A stretch of DNA of 64,000 nt from Selaginella moellendorffii (taxonomy: Eukaryota > Plantae > Lycopodiophyta), in NCBI RefSeq assembly GCF_000143415.4, contig NW_003314393.1, positions 191,175 through 255,174 on the forward strand, read 5' to 3'. The translations under genes were made by a program, and so were the position numbers. The stretch's first letter is position 1; every line of letters begins with the position of its first letter. A model generated the notes under the pieces. The model searched no databases, was not told the DNA's origin, and was given only the letters and a program-made list of their open reading frames with translations. This document shows, piece after piece, positions 13,037 through 27,458 of this stretch.

Positions 13037-13783
13037 ATTGCGTTCATCTTTTGGGGACTCTTGCTTTTTCTCACGAATGCAGCATCTCGTTTTCGAGGCC
13101 ATGAAAAACCTGGGCGACTCTCCCTCATTACAAAGCCAGCTGAGTTTTACATTCTCTTCCTTGGGAGTGCAGGAGTCATCACTTTCCACTGCATTCTTCA
13201 GCCAACACGAAGCTATCCTGACCTGGAGCACATCTCCATGGCTATTCCGTTCATGATCTATGCACTCTGTTTACGTTCCAAGCTACACTTGCCAAGTGCT
13301 TTTGTAAGTCTCATGGAAGCAGCAGCGTTCGCCCAAGAACTCTTCCTCTTTCATTGGCATTCCACGGATCATGTCGGCGTGGAAGGACATTATCATATGC
13401 TTCTACAGCTCATTGTGACTGCCTGTATGTTCTCAAGCCTCGTGGAAGTGTTTGTGCCACAGAATCACAATGCCATGATGATCAAGTTTTGGAAGTCAAT
13501 TTGTATCATCTTCCATGGCATTTGGCTGCTTCAGCTCTCATTACTTCTTGTGTTCCCAGCAACGTTCCTGCCTCTGGGTTGCCAAGTGTTTGTTCGTCAC
13601 CACCAAAAGATCGAGTGTGGCAGTGAAAACCTTGTCAACCAGTCCAAAGCTATGGGAACATTGCTTTTCAGTTGGTACCTCTCTTTGTTGATGGTAGGAA
13701 GTGCAATATCCTATGCTGTTATTGAGAGAAAAACTCTATACAATATTAGTATATGGAATGAACAGGATGAAGAGCTACCATAA
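12992..13783 (+). CDS. TMEM45 / DUF716 family multi-pass membrane protein (263 aa)
   Basis: Intact single-exon ORF; GHGIPA, LEH, FHWHSTDHVGVEGHYHMLL and HGIWL motifs; several hydrophobic helices. Confidence 0.85.
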   Translation: MANRFLVFLGHGIPAIAFIFWGLLLFLTNAASRFRGHEKPGRLSLITKPAEFYILFLGSAGVITFHCILQPTRSYPDLEHISMAIPFMIYALCLRSKLHLPSAFVSLMEAAAFAQELFLFHWHSTDHVGVEGHYHMLLQLIVTACMFSSLVEVFVPQNHNAMMIKFWKSICIIFHGIWLLQLSLLLVFPATFLPLGCQVFVRHHQKIECGSENLVNQSKAMGTLLFSWYLSLLMVGSAISYAVIERKTLYNISIWNEQDEELP

Positions 13784-14899
13784 CTTCCCTATAGTGAATA
13801 ATTATAAAATGGAATTTAACCCTTGAACAAGGGCACCAGAACAGAATCTAAGTTTTAGAGCTATGGTACAGTGAACAAAAGGATGAAGTTAAACTCTTAA
13901 GCATATAACAAAAAAATGAAGGAACATGAACATGGAGCAATATCATAATAGTTTTAGAGCATTTAGAATTCCAACTCTAAAATCAACATGCAAAACAAAG
14001 CTAGATGATTTTAGCATATTTATAGCAAAATACACCAACTAACATGGTAGAGTTTAGGCTTAGATATAAGCAAGATTCAAAACAAAAGATAGCACACCTA
14101 ATGGGGAGATAAATAATATCTCAAGTAGTTCATACCTCAACCTACCCATTATCCCCATTATATTTGGAATTGCCCATATCCCCTACCCCATTATAAATGA
14201 ATTAGAGAAAAGTTTATTAAAATTGAGGATTATTATAGAATATATATGGGTATCATAGATATATTCCCATTTTACTTAAAGTGAAAAATAATTAACGTCA
14301 TTCTTTTAATTTAAAACATTTTTCTAAATTTAAAATGTATGATCAAGATGACATCTTTGAAAGCTAGCATTTTATATTTAATTTTATATAGCTTGCTGTA
14401 GTTATAAACTTCTAAAGTTAAGAAGTTCCTTATTGAACAATTTCTGAAAAATATTTATTGTGCATATTGAACTTTTTCATGTATAATAATATTTATTTAG
14501 TTTTATATTATTAATTAATATAAATATTCTATAAAATATAAGTAAAATAATTTTTTTGATAATGCCATATATTAATATTAACATAGTGGAATTTTGATAG
14601 CCATAAAATTGATTTCAATTTGAACCACTTGCTCCTGTATATAAGCTAGGGTTTTGAGATTACACATTTTTGTATTCCATTTCCATATTTAATGCACTCA
14701 TATTAGTGAAAGTGAAGGGTAATTCTAATTGTCTTTAAGGAGTGTTTGGTTTAGATTTAGCTTTTGCATTATTTAGATCTCTCTTATTTATGTAGCTTTT
14801 CAATTTCTTTTTTTCTTTTTATTTTTTTTGCTTTTTTCCATTTATTTTTATGGCAAAATAGTAACTTCCTCCTTCTTTGACTCTAGAGTAACAGTTGGG

Positions 14900-15750
14900 G
14901 CAATTTCTCAATGCTATGTAATTGCAATTGAACAATCAGACTCAATTGATAGTGGCATTCATGGCATGTGGTGTATCTCTTACTATTGTTGCCCATCATT
15001 GAGTTCAGTTGGAGTTCTTTTGTGGGAATTTTGGGGATGATGTATATCATTAGTTTGATCACTTTATAGTGATTACCACTTATCATTTTTGGGATGATAT
15101 TTAGTGTCTATATAATTTCCCCACATGTTTTAAAGGGATAACATTGCAATGGTACAATGGTTTGAGCACAATCAAACAATTATTTAGACATATTGACAAG
15201 CCTTATAAGAATTGCATTATCTTTATTAGGGGTCATTTTCGTCAACGATGCAATTTTACTTCTAAATCCTCCTACTTTGTATATAGCCAATTATGTCGGA
15301 GCGGAATAAATTGGGAATATTGTGGCCAATGCTTCAGCAATGTCTTATGGGACTCATATATGCACTAGCTCCAGTCACCTTAGACAACATTCTTTGACTA
15401 GCACAACATTATGGAATATCACTTCTTTCACTTATTGTTGCATATGCTTTAATGCCACTTTTTGTGGGAGATGATCTTGTTCTGATAGAAGTGCTATTGT
15501 TGCTTGTGTTCAAAGACAAGGGCAAGGATGTAGTTATGACCATAATGTTTGTTGCTAGACATGTGATAAGGTTGGCCACACATATTTGTGTTGTTGATAT
15601 TTTTTGATTAGCATCATCTATTTCCTAAGTGGAAGCTTTGGTATTAATAATGTCTTATTGGTGCTATGGTCTTGATGTAGAGATTCTTTTGAGAAATGAG
15701 AAGTTGCGCAAGTATTGGAGGATGCTTGAATGAATAAGTTATTAACCCCT
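14900..15750 (+). mobile_element. Possible highly decayed Helitron PIF1 helicase remnant
   Basis: Fragments IFWDD and QLFRHIDKPYKNCIIFIRGHFRQ resemble PIF1 motifs II/III (IIWDE; PFGGKxxxxxGDFRQ). Weak. Confidence 0.35.
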
Positions 15751-15847
15751 TCATCTTTCTTTTGAGAGTACCATCAATGGGTTCACTCGGCACCAGTTCA
15801 TCTAGTTTTTACTTTCCAAGCTCGTTTTTAGTTAATAGGGGTAGAGT

Positions 15848-16180
15848 TGAGACTAACAAAAAGGGTATGATAGCAAGGGTGTTTGACAGGCATGGTAAGC
15901 TATCATCCAACAATATTAAGATATTAATCTCGATATGCAAGGGTTTTTGTCAAGCCAGTGCAAGATAGAGCAAAAGAGAATTAATAAGCCGGGCCAAGTA
16001 TGCTTGGCTAAATAGACACTTAGGAATTTTTTCCCTATGCTCGTCCGGCCAAGTATAAATGCAAAGTCTAGTTTACTAACACTTGAACTGATAAAGGATC
16101 TAACAATACCAACCTCCTACGGTCATCGTAGTAAGAAAAGAATATCTGAAAGGACTAGCTGATAGGTAACTTTCGATACC
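15848..16180 (-). repeat. Truncated LTR of the 17024-24111 family
   Basis: Similar to 17813-18160 (TTGAGACTAAC...GATAGC...TAACTTTCGATAC). Confidence 0.75.
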
Positions 16181-16199
16181 TAAAGTTATATTTGCAACA

Positions 16200-19100
16200 G
16201 TTATTGCTCGTAAACCAATTTCTTGTATCAATTGGGCAATTTGAAGAGTCAGTGCCAAAAGCAATGCACGTTGCTCCGGAATGATTAGGAGTCAAGCTCA
16301 TTGTCTCGCATAAGTTCAAGTTCTTTAGCAATGCCATGTTTCTAGGGCTGTCGACATCTAGGGATAAAGGGCTGTCAGTCAAGTTGGATTTACTATTGTG
16401 GAACTACTGTTACTCATACAAGTGGGATCCACAGCTCAATTATTTTAAAGCCGGATTTTGTGAAGCTACTGAGTGAAGCTGCAATCTTTTGAAAAAAGAG
16501 ATTGAAAGTCTAGAGAGAGTAGGTTTCAAGCTGAAGACTTCCTCAAATGTTGCTATTGATACTATTATGCCACCAATGTCAACACTAGACCAGCATACAC
16601 GACCAGCTAGGAATGGGAAGGCTGTATAATATAAGTCTTCCATTTTGAAAGGTACGCAAGAAAAGATCAAGTTGGCAAACGAATTAAAGTGCACAATCAC
16701 AAAGACAAATTACATCAATGCTATGGTTAAAGAGTTTGTTATTGTGATTGAGTTGTCAAAAGATACGAGCTACACTATTAGAATATACAAAAATCCATCT
16801 TGTACCTGTCCAGATTTTACATAAATGGAGAACATTGGAAAGATATATTTAGTCTGCAAGCACATTTAATACTTTTTTGTGCAAGAACTAAACCAAGATC
16901 CTAAGATCAACCATTACATCCACAAGCAAGCCTTACAGTTGCGGAGCTTGAGAAGTGTTTTTAGATTGCTTTTAATGTTTGGATCTATATTTATATTTGT
17001 ATTTTATTTGTTGAATTTACTTGTGTAGTGCACGTGGTTTTGACCCTTTATCCTATGGTGATTTACCATAGGATAACACCACGAAGCGGAACCTAAACCC
17101 TCTTTATGCCACGTGACACATGCCACATGTCACATGCCACGTGTCCATGCCACATGTCCACAGGACAGTGGTGTGGAACCTGTGGTTCAGGGCCTTGGGC
17201 CATTGAATGAAGGAACAGTGCCAGACTCCCAAGTGTGGAGCCAAGGAGTGATGGAACTGAACCACGGAGTAACTCCCAAGCATACAACCCAAGGAGTGAA
17301 AGAACAAGAGCCTGGAGCGACTTGGAACAATCCTAGAGCAACCAGTATCCCAATGCCAGGACCAGCACGCAAAATGGAGTCTGGCGCTATTTCGGCATAC
17401 CGGTGGCCTAACGAGAGAGCATGGGTACTCCACCGGCTAGCATGGAATGGAACTTGGGCTTAGACCCAAGCTGGACACAGAACAAGGACAGGCACGCAAG
17501 CGAAAGCTAGACTATGCCTCAGGTTGGTCGGCCATGCCCGACCTACCCACTATCCCTACTATACATTTAGAACCCCCGACAGGCCCCCCCACCCCTTGAG
17601 GAACACACGCTTTGGGCTTTCACCCCAAGCCTCCCTTAGTATCAGGAGTTAGTCTCTGGGACAAACTTGAAACTTACTAAATATGGAATGTCCTTAGATT
17701 GTGAAGTTGGACATGGGACGAACACCATTGTGTTCAAAACAATCTCTACATTCTGTAGATATGCCAAATGAGCAAATCTAAACACTTTCCATAAATAGCA
17801 TTTGGGACCGAATTGAGACTAACACAAAGGGCATGATAGCGAGGGTGTTTGGTAGACACGGTAAACTATCATGTAGCGATATTGAGGGACTAATCTCAAT
17901 ACGCAAGGGTTCTTGTCAAGCCAGTGCAAGACAGAGCAAAAGAGAACTAAAAAGCCGGGCCAAGTATGCTTGGCTGAATAGACACTTAGGAATTCCGTCC
18001 TTATGCTCATCCGGCCAAGTACAGATGCAAAATTCAGTTTACTAACACTTGAACAAGAGGGACTGATAAAGGGTCCAGCAATACCGACCTCCTGCCATCG
18101 TGGCAGTAAGGTAAGAGTGTCCGTAAGGACTAGCCGACAGATAACTTTCGATACTCGAAGTCACATTCGCGACACTCTCCCCCCCTAGGGAAGATCGACG
18201 TCCTCGTCAATGCATACTCGAGTCTAGAATACTGCCAAGGAAACAACTCTAGAAAAAATTCACAATATTCACACTATGTGAGAAATGCACCAATTGAAAT
18301 GAGTTAGGAGACAACCTCTTTGTCTAATACGGATGCGCTATCAGCTCAGACACCTTCTGGCCATCGCCGACAAGGAAATGACCAATGGAGTTAGCCACCA
18401 TTGCTGCTCTGGGAGTCACCCAACTTACAAAAGTGTGATATGCCCCTGCCCGCAGGAACATAGAGAGAGAAGCCAGAGGCCCCAACCCTCCTAAGCAAAG
18501 AAACCAAACCTGTCGGTAAGGTTTAGATAGACTACTGTAAATAGGTAGTTAGAGTTGTTTACACGGTCACGCCCTTTTAACGGAATAAGGAACATCGACA
18601 GAGAGGCAGGTTATGTGACCAATCGACAGTAGCTACCACATGACTAGAGATTTCAACATGCACACGAAGTGCCGAAGCCAGTTTGCCTATTACTGGCCCA
18701 AACTCAAAGATCAATAAATGGACAATATCAAAGTCAGAGACAATGATATCTTAAAGACTTAATTACCAGTGATTAAATTTTAGATTAGAACACAAAAGTA
18801 TTCCAAATAATTTATCATCCGATAAACTAGTATTATAGTAGATAGGAACCACCAAGTTCATCAAAATTGGTAAACACAGGATTCACCATCCAACAAAATT
18901 CAATAGCAAGTATATCATCAAATAAACTCAATGATGAAACTTAACTACTGAAAATAGCAGACAGTAAACCAACAATTTACTAAAGATAACTCAAAGAACA
19001 CAAAGTATCATGGATTGACAAGCACAATGCTCGCGAATGTATCACCTGAAGGAAATAACATCCCAACCTATCAAAACTAACTTGAGCAATAATCAACAGA

Positions 19101-22100
19101 ATAGAATGAATGTGGCAAGACCAACAAACACTCATTCATGCCAATTATCACACTAGCCAATCCGAATAGATCCCAGCTAACAACACTAAGGAACTCAAGT
19201 TGCCTAAGCAAATGCCAGCAACATCCTACTGATGTCTCAAACCCAAGAGACTAATCTAGAGCAAACCACAAAGAACATATGGTATTGCGAAAAGCCAAAA
19301 GCCATCAAAGAGAACAATTAACCATCATGAAAGATCATCAATTATCCCATTAAAAAGATATGCCAAATCATCGTAAAAAAACAATCTACCATCCCGAAGA
19401 ACAGTAAATCATTCTATACCAACAATAATCAAGCAAAATCTTTTGACAAGGATAAACAACTATCTTAGATAATAGTTAGTCATCACCAATGATTGCTAGA
19501 TGCAAAAGCCAACTTCAACATCGAAGCTAATGAGCCAAAATTCCTTCCCCAACAACTTCTAACAAATGGAATAATGAGCATGAAAACTCAAAGAACCAAA
19601 AGCTCAAAGAAGTCTATAGCCAAGTCATGCCTAACAATGATCACGAGTCTCGCATGAACTAACTTCAATGCTAAGAAGAAAATCATGGTATAACCCACAA
19701 TATCCTCATTAACACATCTATAAGCTAAACTCCATAATGCAAAGCTAATGAAGAGCATGTCTGCATCAATCCAAAAGCTAAGCATAACGAAGCTATACTT
19801 GACAAGTGATCACCAAATGATCCTCCATGAATCCATTTATAGCAAGACGTAACTCACTTCATAACAAGCACAAGAAGAATCATCAATGCCACTCAGTTCA
19901 TTTGAACGTCAACATAGTTGCTAACTAGCAAATTTGTGAATGCTAATAATATAAAGCTACAGCTCAAGCATCAACACTAATTGCATTGAGACTAATGAAA
20001 CTCATTATCAATCTTATGGAGAGACATCTCATCTCACTCAAATCTCAACATCATCAATGTCAACGACAAGGCATCACTTCAATGCCATCAACACCATAAC
20101 AAAACTAGAAGAAAGCAAGAGTGAATCACCACTCAAAACTCTCCAGCAACTAAGCTAACCAAAGTTGAAGATACTTTACTCAGTATCCGAGACTAATCCT
20201 TCAGCAAAACTTAGTTACAGATAACACTTCATCACGGAGTGATTCACCACATCCAAGACTCAATGAAATCCAACACCACAACTAAATGCAACCAAATGAT
20301 ATCGACAAAGGTAAAGTCAACATATTAACATGGAAAACCCATGTAAGTCTAACAACACGATCCTTCGCAATACCATCCGATAAAGCAAGCCCATCACCGC
20401 TAAATTATCATCGAGTAAAGCAAGTGTCAAAAACCCTTGATAAAATCTACAAGCAATCTCTAGTTGCAAAGCAACCAACAATCACTTTTCAACTTGCCTT
20501 CACAAGACTTAAACACTAAACTCATGCCATCGAGTTATATACTTGTCTAATATCCCCAGGTGCGAGATAAAAGTTCATGGACAAGCACGAACTAAATGAC
20601 TACTCAAATCCAACTTAACCGCGATAAACTCACTAATGCATTTAGCCAATAGCTTTGAACATGCCTTGAAGAGGTTAGCTACACATGATCAACACTAAGT
20701 TGAAACTTAAGTGAAGACCATGAGATGGACTCATGTCGGTACACAACTTCCACTTAGACAAAGCTATAGTATGGGTACTAACATCTCAACCATAAACAAC
20801 TAAGTTGGACATCACCATCCTCAGCCAAGGCACAGGGCCACCAAGACTAAGTCAAGATTAGTGAGAGCTCACTACTTTTATAGAGTCTAATGAAATGCAA
20901 AGTACAACCTGCCACCAAGCATAATACTACAGAAGAAAGGCACAAGGGTCACCCTTCTTAGAAAAGTGCAACGGCCACTTTTCTACACCAACTCCAGACT
21001 CTATCCAACTCAATTGCCTTAGCCCCAAAACTTAGCATCCCTTTCGAGTTGCATCATACAAATTACTTACTAAGGTCTAAGCCAACCAAAGTCAACTCTA
21101 ACCCCTTCACTAGTTTGTACTGGCTTACGAAAATGGAATGGTTTTCAGACAAAGTGATAATAGATTAGCCATTGGAAAAGTCTAAGAAAATTTGTGGAAA
21201 ATTTTTCCATTCTAGAGAAAGAATGACTTTTAGTCCAGGAATACAAACTTTCAAGACTCAACCAACTTCCTCCTACTAACAACTTCACATAGGTTCACCT
21301 CAACACAAATTCTCATGACCCATAGTATGCTTAAGCCTCAAACATCTTTTGCTCATACCTCCGACATCCAAGTCCGACATCCGCAAAAATGCAAAGTGAA
21401 CATCCAAGGCTTGATGACGAAGACCACATCTTCGGATATCCACATTGCACTAACACTCTTTTTAACCACCTTCAAGATCTAATGTGAAGCTAAAACACTA
21501 ACAAGAAAAATGACATGGAAAATCAAGCTCTAAGGAAACTTCCTCATCACTTAAAATAAAAATGCCACTTCCACTAACACAAGTGTTAGAAATGTTAATG
21601 CCTCAACCTCATACCTTCTCTATCCAACAATCTACAATCTACAAGTGTTCACGGATCAACTAATAACCTATAGCAAATGAATGCTATAACCCTTTCCAAC
21701 ACCTTATGGGCAAACCCTCAAGGAAACAAAGAACCAACTTAAGCTTAGCATAATGGACCACCATCGAGAATCCAGTCAAAGCTACTTCAATGCTACTTTG
21801 TGCAAGTAGACTAGCTTCACCACCAACCACTTTGGGGTTAATCATTGTCTAACCAAGCAACTTCGTAAACACATTGCTCATTATCACATGGATATGATAT
21901 GGAAATCACAATGTCTTGATCATCAATCAAGCAACACACGAGCAATGCCAATGTCATTACTTCAAAGGTGTAGGTGAGTATCAAGTGTCAACTCAATTCG
22001 ACAAAATGCAACATAAATGCCACACTCCACCGATAGAGACTTACAACACCCAACACCACTAACTTTTGTTCACAACACAGACAAACTCATGCCACTCTCT

Positions 22101-24236
22101 TTCCAACCAAACTCAAAACTAATCCAACACCAAGCTACTCAAAGAGCAATAGCAAAGTTCCCCGGAAAAGAATTGAGCATTGCAACCCAAGTCTTCAATA
22201 ACAAGCCTAGACAAAATGGTTTAGCGCTTTACTGCTATCCACCCCATAACTGACCATTTGTAAGACCATCATCTCCAAGATGCATCAAGATAGGGACTCT
22301 TGATTACATACCATGAACACAAGCAATGAGTTAACACCTCGTTGCAAATCATGTCTCCAAGAAGAGAGAATGATTTACGTGTTTGATCCTTCGTCCCCGA
22401 TGACTCTTTTTTCGGTCTAATCTTTGATTACACCTCAAGTTTGCTTTCACACTGCCTTTAGTCCAATCCAAGAAAAGTTTATGAGAGAGCACAGCAACAA
22501 TTACTTGAATCAATAGACTCATCCCTATAGTCTTGATTGATCCACTTGTAATCATGCCTAGGAAGGATCCACTAGTGCCGTGCTAAATAGCTACGAACCA
22601 GCTTATTTACCACTCATAGCAAACCCAGGGAAAGTTTACTTTCACCCATGGTACATGGAAAAACTCATAGAACTACTGGAACAACTCATGGAACCACCGA
22701 TAGGCTAACATTAATCCTGCCAACTCAAAGCATATCCTTGAGTTGCTAATGCACTCACGAGCCTAAGCGCAAACTCGTGCAAATTGGAACAACTTAATCC
22801 CTCTTGTGAGCTCAAGCTCAAGCTCACATCATAAGGTACAAGAAGGTAACAAAAACCATACCCAAGGAACAATTGCAAAGCCTTTACACCTAAGCGTGTA
22901 CCCACTCGGATCATCGTTTTCATCTCTGCATATGCAACAAGACTAGTTGCCCAATCTCATTGTATAGTACTTGTTGAGACTCATTCTCTGATACCAAATG
23001 TAGCGCACGTGGTTTTGACCCTTTATCCTATGGTGATTTACCATAGGATAACACCACGAAGCGGAACCTAAACCCTCTTTATACCACGTGTCACATGCCA
23101 TGTGTCCATGCCACGTGTCCACAGGACAGTGGTGTGGAACCTGTGGTTCAGGGCCTTGGGCCACTGAACGAAGGAACGGTGCCAAACTCCCAAGCATGGA
23201 GCCAAGGAGTGACGGAACCGAACCACGAAGCAACTCCTGAGCATACAACCCAAGGAGCGAAGGAACAGGAGCCCAAAGCGACTTGGAACAGTCCTAGAGC
23301 AACCAGCATCCCAATGCCAGGACTAACATGCAAAACGGAGCCAAATGGAGTCTAGTGCTATTTCGGCATACCGGTGGCCTAATGCGAGAGCATGGGTACT
23401 CCACCAGCTAGCATGGAATGGACCTTGGGTTTAGACACAAGCCGGACGTAGAACAAGGACAGGCACGCAAGTAGAAGCTAGACTATGCCTCAGGTTGGTC
23501 GGCCATGCCCGACCTACCCACTATCCCTACTATACATTTAGAACCCCCCATGGGCGCCCCCCCCCCTGAGGAACACACGCTTTGGGCTTTCACCCCAAGC
23601 CTCCCTTAGTATCAGGAGTTAGTCTCTGCGACAAGCTCAAAACTTACTAAATATGGAATGTCCTTACATTGCGAATTTGGACATGGGACGAACACCGTTG
23701 TGTTCAAGACAATCTCTACATTCCGTAGATATGCCAAATGTGCAAATCTAGACACTTTCCATAAATAGCATTTGGGACCGAATTGAGACTAACACAAAGG
23801 GCATGATAGCGAGGGTGTTTGGCAAACACGGTAGCGATATTGAGGGACTAATCTCAATACGCAAGGGTTCTTGTCAAGCCAGTGCAAGACAGAGCAAAAG
23901 AGAACTAAAAAGCCGGGCCAAGTATGTTTGGCTGAATAGACACTTAGGAATTCTGTCCTTATGCTCATCCGGCCAAGTACAGATGCAAAGTTCAGTTTAC
24001 TAACACTTGAACAAGAGGGACTGATAAAGGGTCCAGCAATACCGACCTCTGCCATCGTGGCAGTAAGGTAAGAGTGTTTGTCAGGTAACTTTCGATACCC
24101 GATTCGTGACAACTTGGAAATATAGATTAAATCAAAATTGGAAAGATGAAAAAATGTTGGTTCAAGATGAGCCAATGTTTTTCTTGTGTTTGAGAAGTCG
24201 TAAGCTCAACTCATAAGTTCAAAATCTACCTAAGCT
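16200..24236 (+). mobile_element. Decayed MULE 3' fragment (SWIM + TIR), split by an LTR element into 16200-17023 and 24117-24236
   Basis: Homologous to the reverse complement of 52396-53370; ends ...AGTTCAAAATCTACCTAAGCT (TIR). Confidence 0.8.
17024..24111 (-). mobile_element. Non-autonomous LTR retrotransposon (LARD-like) with TSD ACTTG
   Basis: LTRs 17024-18174 and 22999-24111 (TG..CA). PBS TGGTATCAGAGA at 22985-22996 (rc) and PPT at 18175-18185 (rc). TSD at 17019-17023 and 24112-24116. The 4.8 kb interior has no long ORF. Confidence 0.9.
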
Positions 24237-27200
24237 AGATCCTAGGAGGAGATGAGAGTAGTGACTTGAAGGGGAGTTTACAAGCCACTCACTATGTTAC
24301 TAAATTTGGTGCAAACAGAGAGTCACTTGCAATTGATATCAAGGGATCTTTGACTGACTAAGCAATCACCTTCTTCTTTCCTTTTGCTCGGGTGGTTGTA
24401 GTTTGTTGCTGTTGTCTGTAAATGTCCTTAGCAACCAATATAAGGCTTTGACCATATGGTCAACATTGGTCAAAAGGAGGCTGAAAGGTATATTAAGGCA
24501 TGTTAGGACTTAACCTACCCTAGGGCTCATAGTGGAACGGCAGCATAGTGGAGCTTTGGAGGTAGCTCGGGGGTGGTTGGGTGGTGAGGAACCTCAAGAG
24601 GTGGCATAGCATGGTCTAGGGAGATTAGACTTCAATTTTTATTGGAGGAATATGAAAATTGATATTCTCAAGTATTGTAAATCATGCGAGCTTTGTCAAC
24701 GGGTTAAGGTGCCATGGGAGAAGTGGGGGGCATTTTTGCAACTTTTACCTATTCCTTAGGGCTGTTAGTGTAGTATTTCTATGGATTTCATCACTTGTTT
24801 GCTACTAACACAGAGGGAAAAAGAGCAAGGATGGGTCATAGTGGATTGGTTGACAAAGTATATGCCGTTGTTGGCTCTTTAGAAGACTATCACTGCTTCA
24901 AACTTGGCTGCGGTTTATTTGGAGAAGGTTTTTTCATGATTTTGGTTTCCCGAAGGACATTATTAGTGATTGAGTTTCAAAGTTCACCAGTGGATTTTGG
25001 AAGAGTTTTACAAAGGCTATACAAGTGACTTTGAAACTCTCGAGTGGAGATCATCCTTAAACGGATGGGCAAACTGAATGTGTGAATCAGGTGGTGGAGG
25101 ATATATTACATTGTAGCATTGGTCAAAGGCCAGGATAGTGAGTTCTTTATCTTCCATTGGTGCAATTTGCTTACAATAATAGCCAATACAGTGGAACCAA
25201 GCTAAGTCCTTACTTTTCCATGTTTGGAAGGCATCCCCAAACAGTGGTGGAGTTGGGATTGGATTTGAGTAAGGAAATTCAAGATAAGCTTGATTCTGAG
25301 ATGACTAATTTGGCCACAGAACTTGATGAGATTCTGGTGGTGTGCAAATGGAATTGGGGAAGGAGGGGTGCTTCCCCCAAGGCTCGCTTAAACACGAGAA
25401 ATGCTTCAACGCCCTTTGCAAAATGCCCCCCTTTGCCCTTATGGGGCAAGGGTTTTATACGTTGTATTCTCATCACATGGACAAATGGTCTTAAAGGGCA
25501 AAAGGTTGCCCCAAGAGAACAAATCAAGTGTTGGAGTAACACTTGTAAAGATGGTCCTTGTGAGTAGGACTTGAATACAAGAAGTTGTATTCCAGTGTGT
25601 TGGCACGTCAAAGGTGGGACCTCATGGGTCGTCAGATGACAAAGTCCAAAAAGCTAGAGGACTCAAATAGAGTCAAGGAATAATCCTGAAGGATTGATGG
25701 AAGCATTTGGACTGAGGTGTGTTGTGCCCTACTAATGATGGGGGGGGGGGATTATAGGATCCAAGGATGAGAACAGAGGGTATCTCATCGATGGGAGAAT
25801 GTGCCATGCTAAAGTGTTGGGAAAAGTGTTCCTAGAATAAGCAACTTTGGTGCAGAGTTCTGTGCGAACATTATAATGTAGTGCTAATGGATAGTTGGCA
25901 TGAGAAACCACTGGGTTGGTCTTGGCAAAGACCTAGACACAAGTGCAAAGTGTCATAAAGGTAGACACATGGAGCTGATGGTGTGGAGACACCAAATGGG
26001 CCAAGGTGTGATGCCTTGAGGTTATGTTGATGGGTTCATGAGAACCCCTTGCCAAGGGAATCTCAATGGAAATGGGAATGGTATAGGCTATATTGGAAGG
26101 CATGTGGTTGGAGTGTGGTAACCCAGATAATGATGAAGGTGTGGAAGCACCAAGCAATGAGTTGTAGGGCTTGACAATTATAGGGCAACTAAGCAAAAGG
26201 TGCAAAGATAATTAGTTAAACGGGTAGAAGGTAGCTACCCAAGATAATGGCATAAGGAAGTTAAATATACCCTTACACGGGCTAAATTGCTTATGTTGCG
26301 ATATAGTGAGTCAATGTCGTAAAAGGAAATGCTCATTGTCAAGGAGACCATCATTGGGACACCCAAACACTCTGGAACACCAGAAGGTGGTGTTTAGTGT
26401 CACGAGGGCAATAGATAAGGCCCAAGGGACTAAGTCCCTAGCGAATGATGGATAGAAGGTGCTATCCAAATGTCCAAGGTTGCGGAGACGGGAGAAGACT
26501 GTCTACCCAAATTGGACAAAGCTAAAAATGGAATTTTGGCAAGGCTAGTGAAAGCCTATGAGCAGCAACATTAACCCCGTTGTGTGGGATTATAAGGTGA
26601 GCATACCTGGATTGAGGAACCACTCCCTAGGCTATCGGGTAAATTCGTTCCTAAAAATACTTGCTAAGGCATGATAGAAAGTGCAAAGCTATCCTCCTAG
26701 TCTGGAGGAGAATGACAGAAAGAAAGGTGTGAAGCCAAAGGCAAATAGTAAGGGGATAGAACCGAACCATAGGAATCGAAGGGCATGACCAGGGCTGGTT
26801 ATGCCAGTTGGGAGTGGAGAATCAAGTGGGGGCTCGAGGGTGTTGTTGCTAGCAAACCATGATGCCATGGAGAGTCTAAAATATGGAATTGTCCATGTTA
26901 GACTATAGGGCAACTAGAAAGCTTGCAAAAAGGGAGGCCTTAGCAAGCTAAGGGACAGAGTTCCTTCAAGGTTCCCAAAACCCTCTCTTTGAACACTCGG
27001 GAACTACTTCCCTAACTTTGATAGCCTTGCCCCATGGCAAGCTTCAAGACCACGCTTCTGCTATGCCACTCTAGTTTCATGTGTTCCATGAACCATTTAC
27101 CCTTGGCCTTTCTAGGTACTAAGCTACCTAGAATCGTCTTTGAACGAAAGTTGATGGTCAAGGACTTTCACGCTTATGCAGGAACCATGTTACGGTGGTC

Positions 27201-27458
27201 GGAGGACTTACCAAGTGAGATTGGCAAGTCGGGGGAACAAATACCTTAGTTGAAGGTGATAATTTCAAAAGGGTGGGCCATAGGGCCAAGCATGGAGGAG
27301 TCCATGCATGATCACAGACTAGTCAAGTGAGAGGACTTGGTAGTGCAGAGGAACTAGGTTCCTAAGCTGTGATTTGTAGCACGCTTTATAAGTTGGTGCA
27401 CCGGCGTGGGGAGTCACGCCAGACATCCAGTGTAATGCCGTCTGTAGATGCATATACG

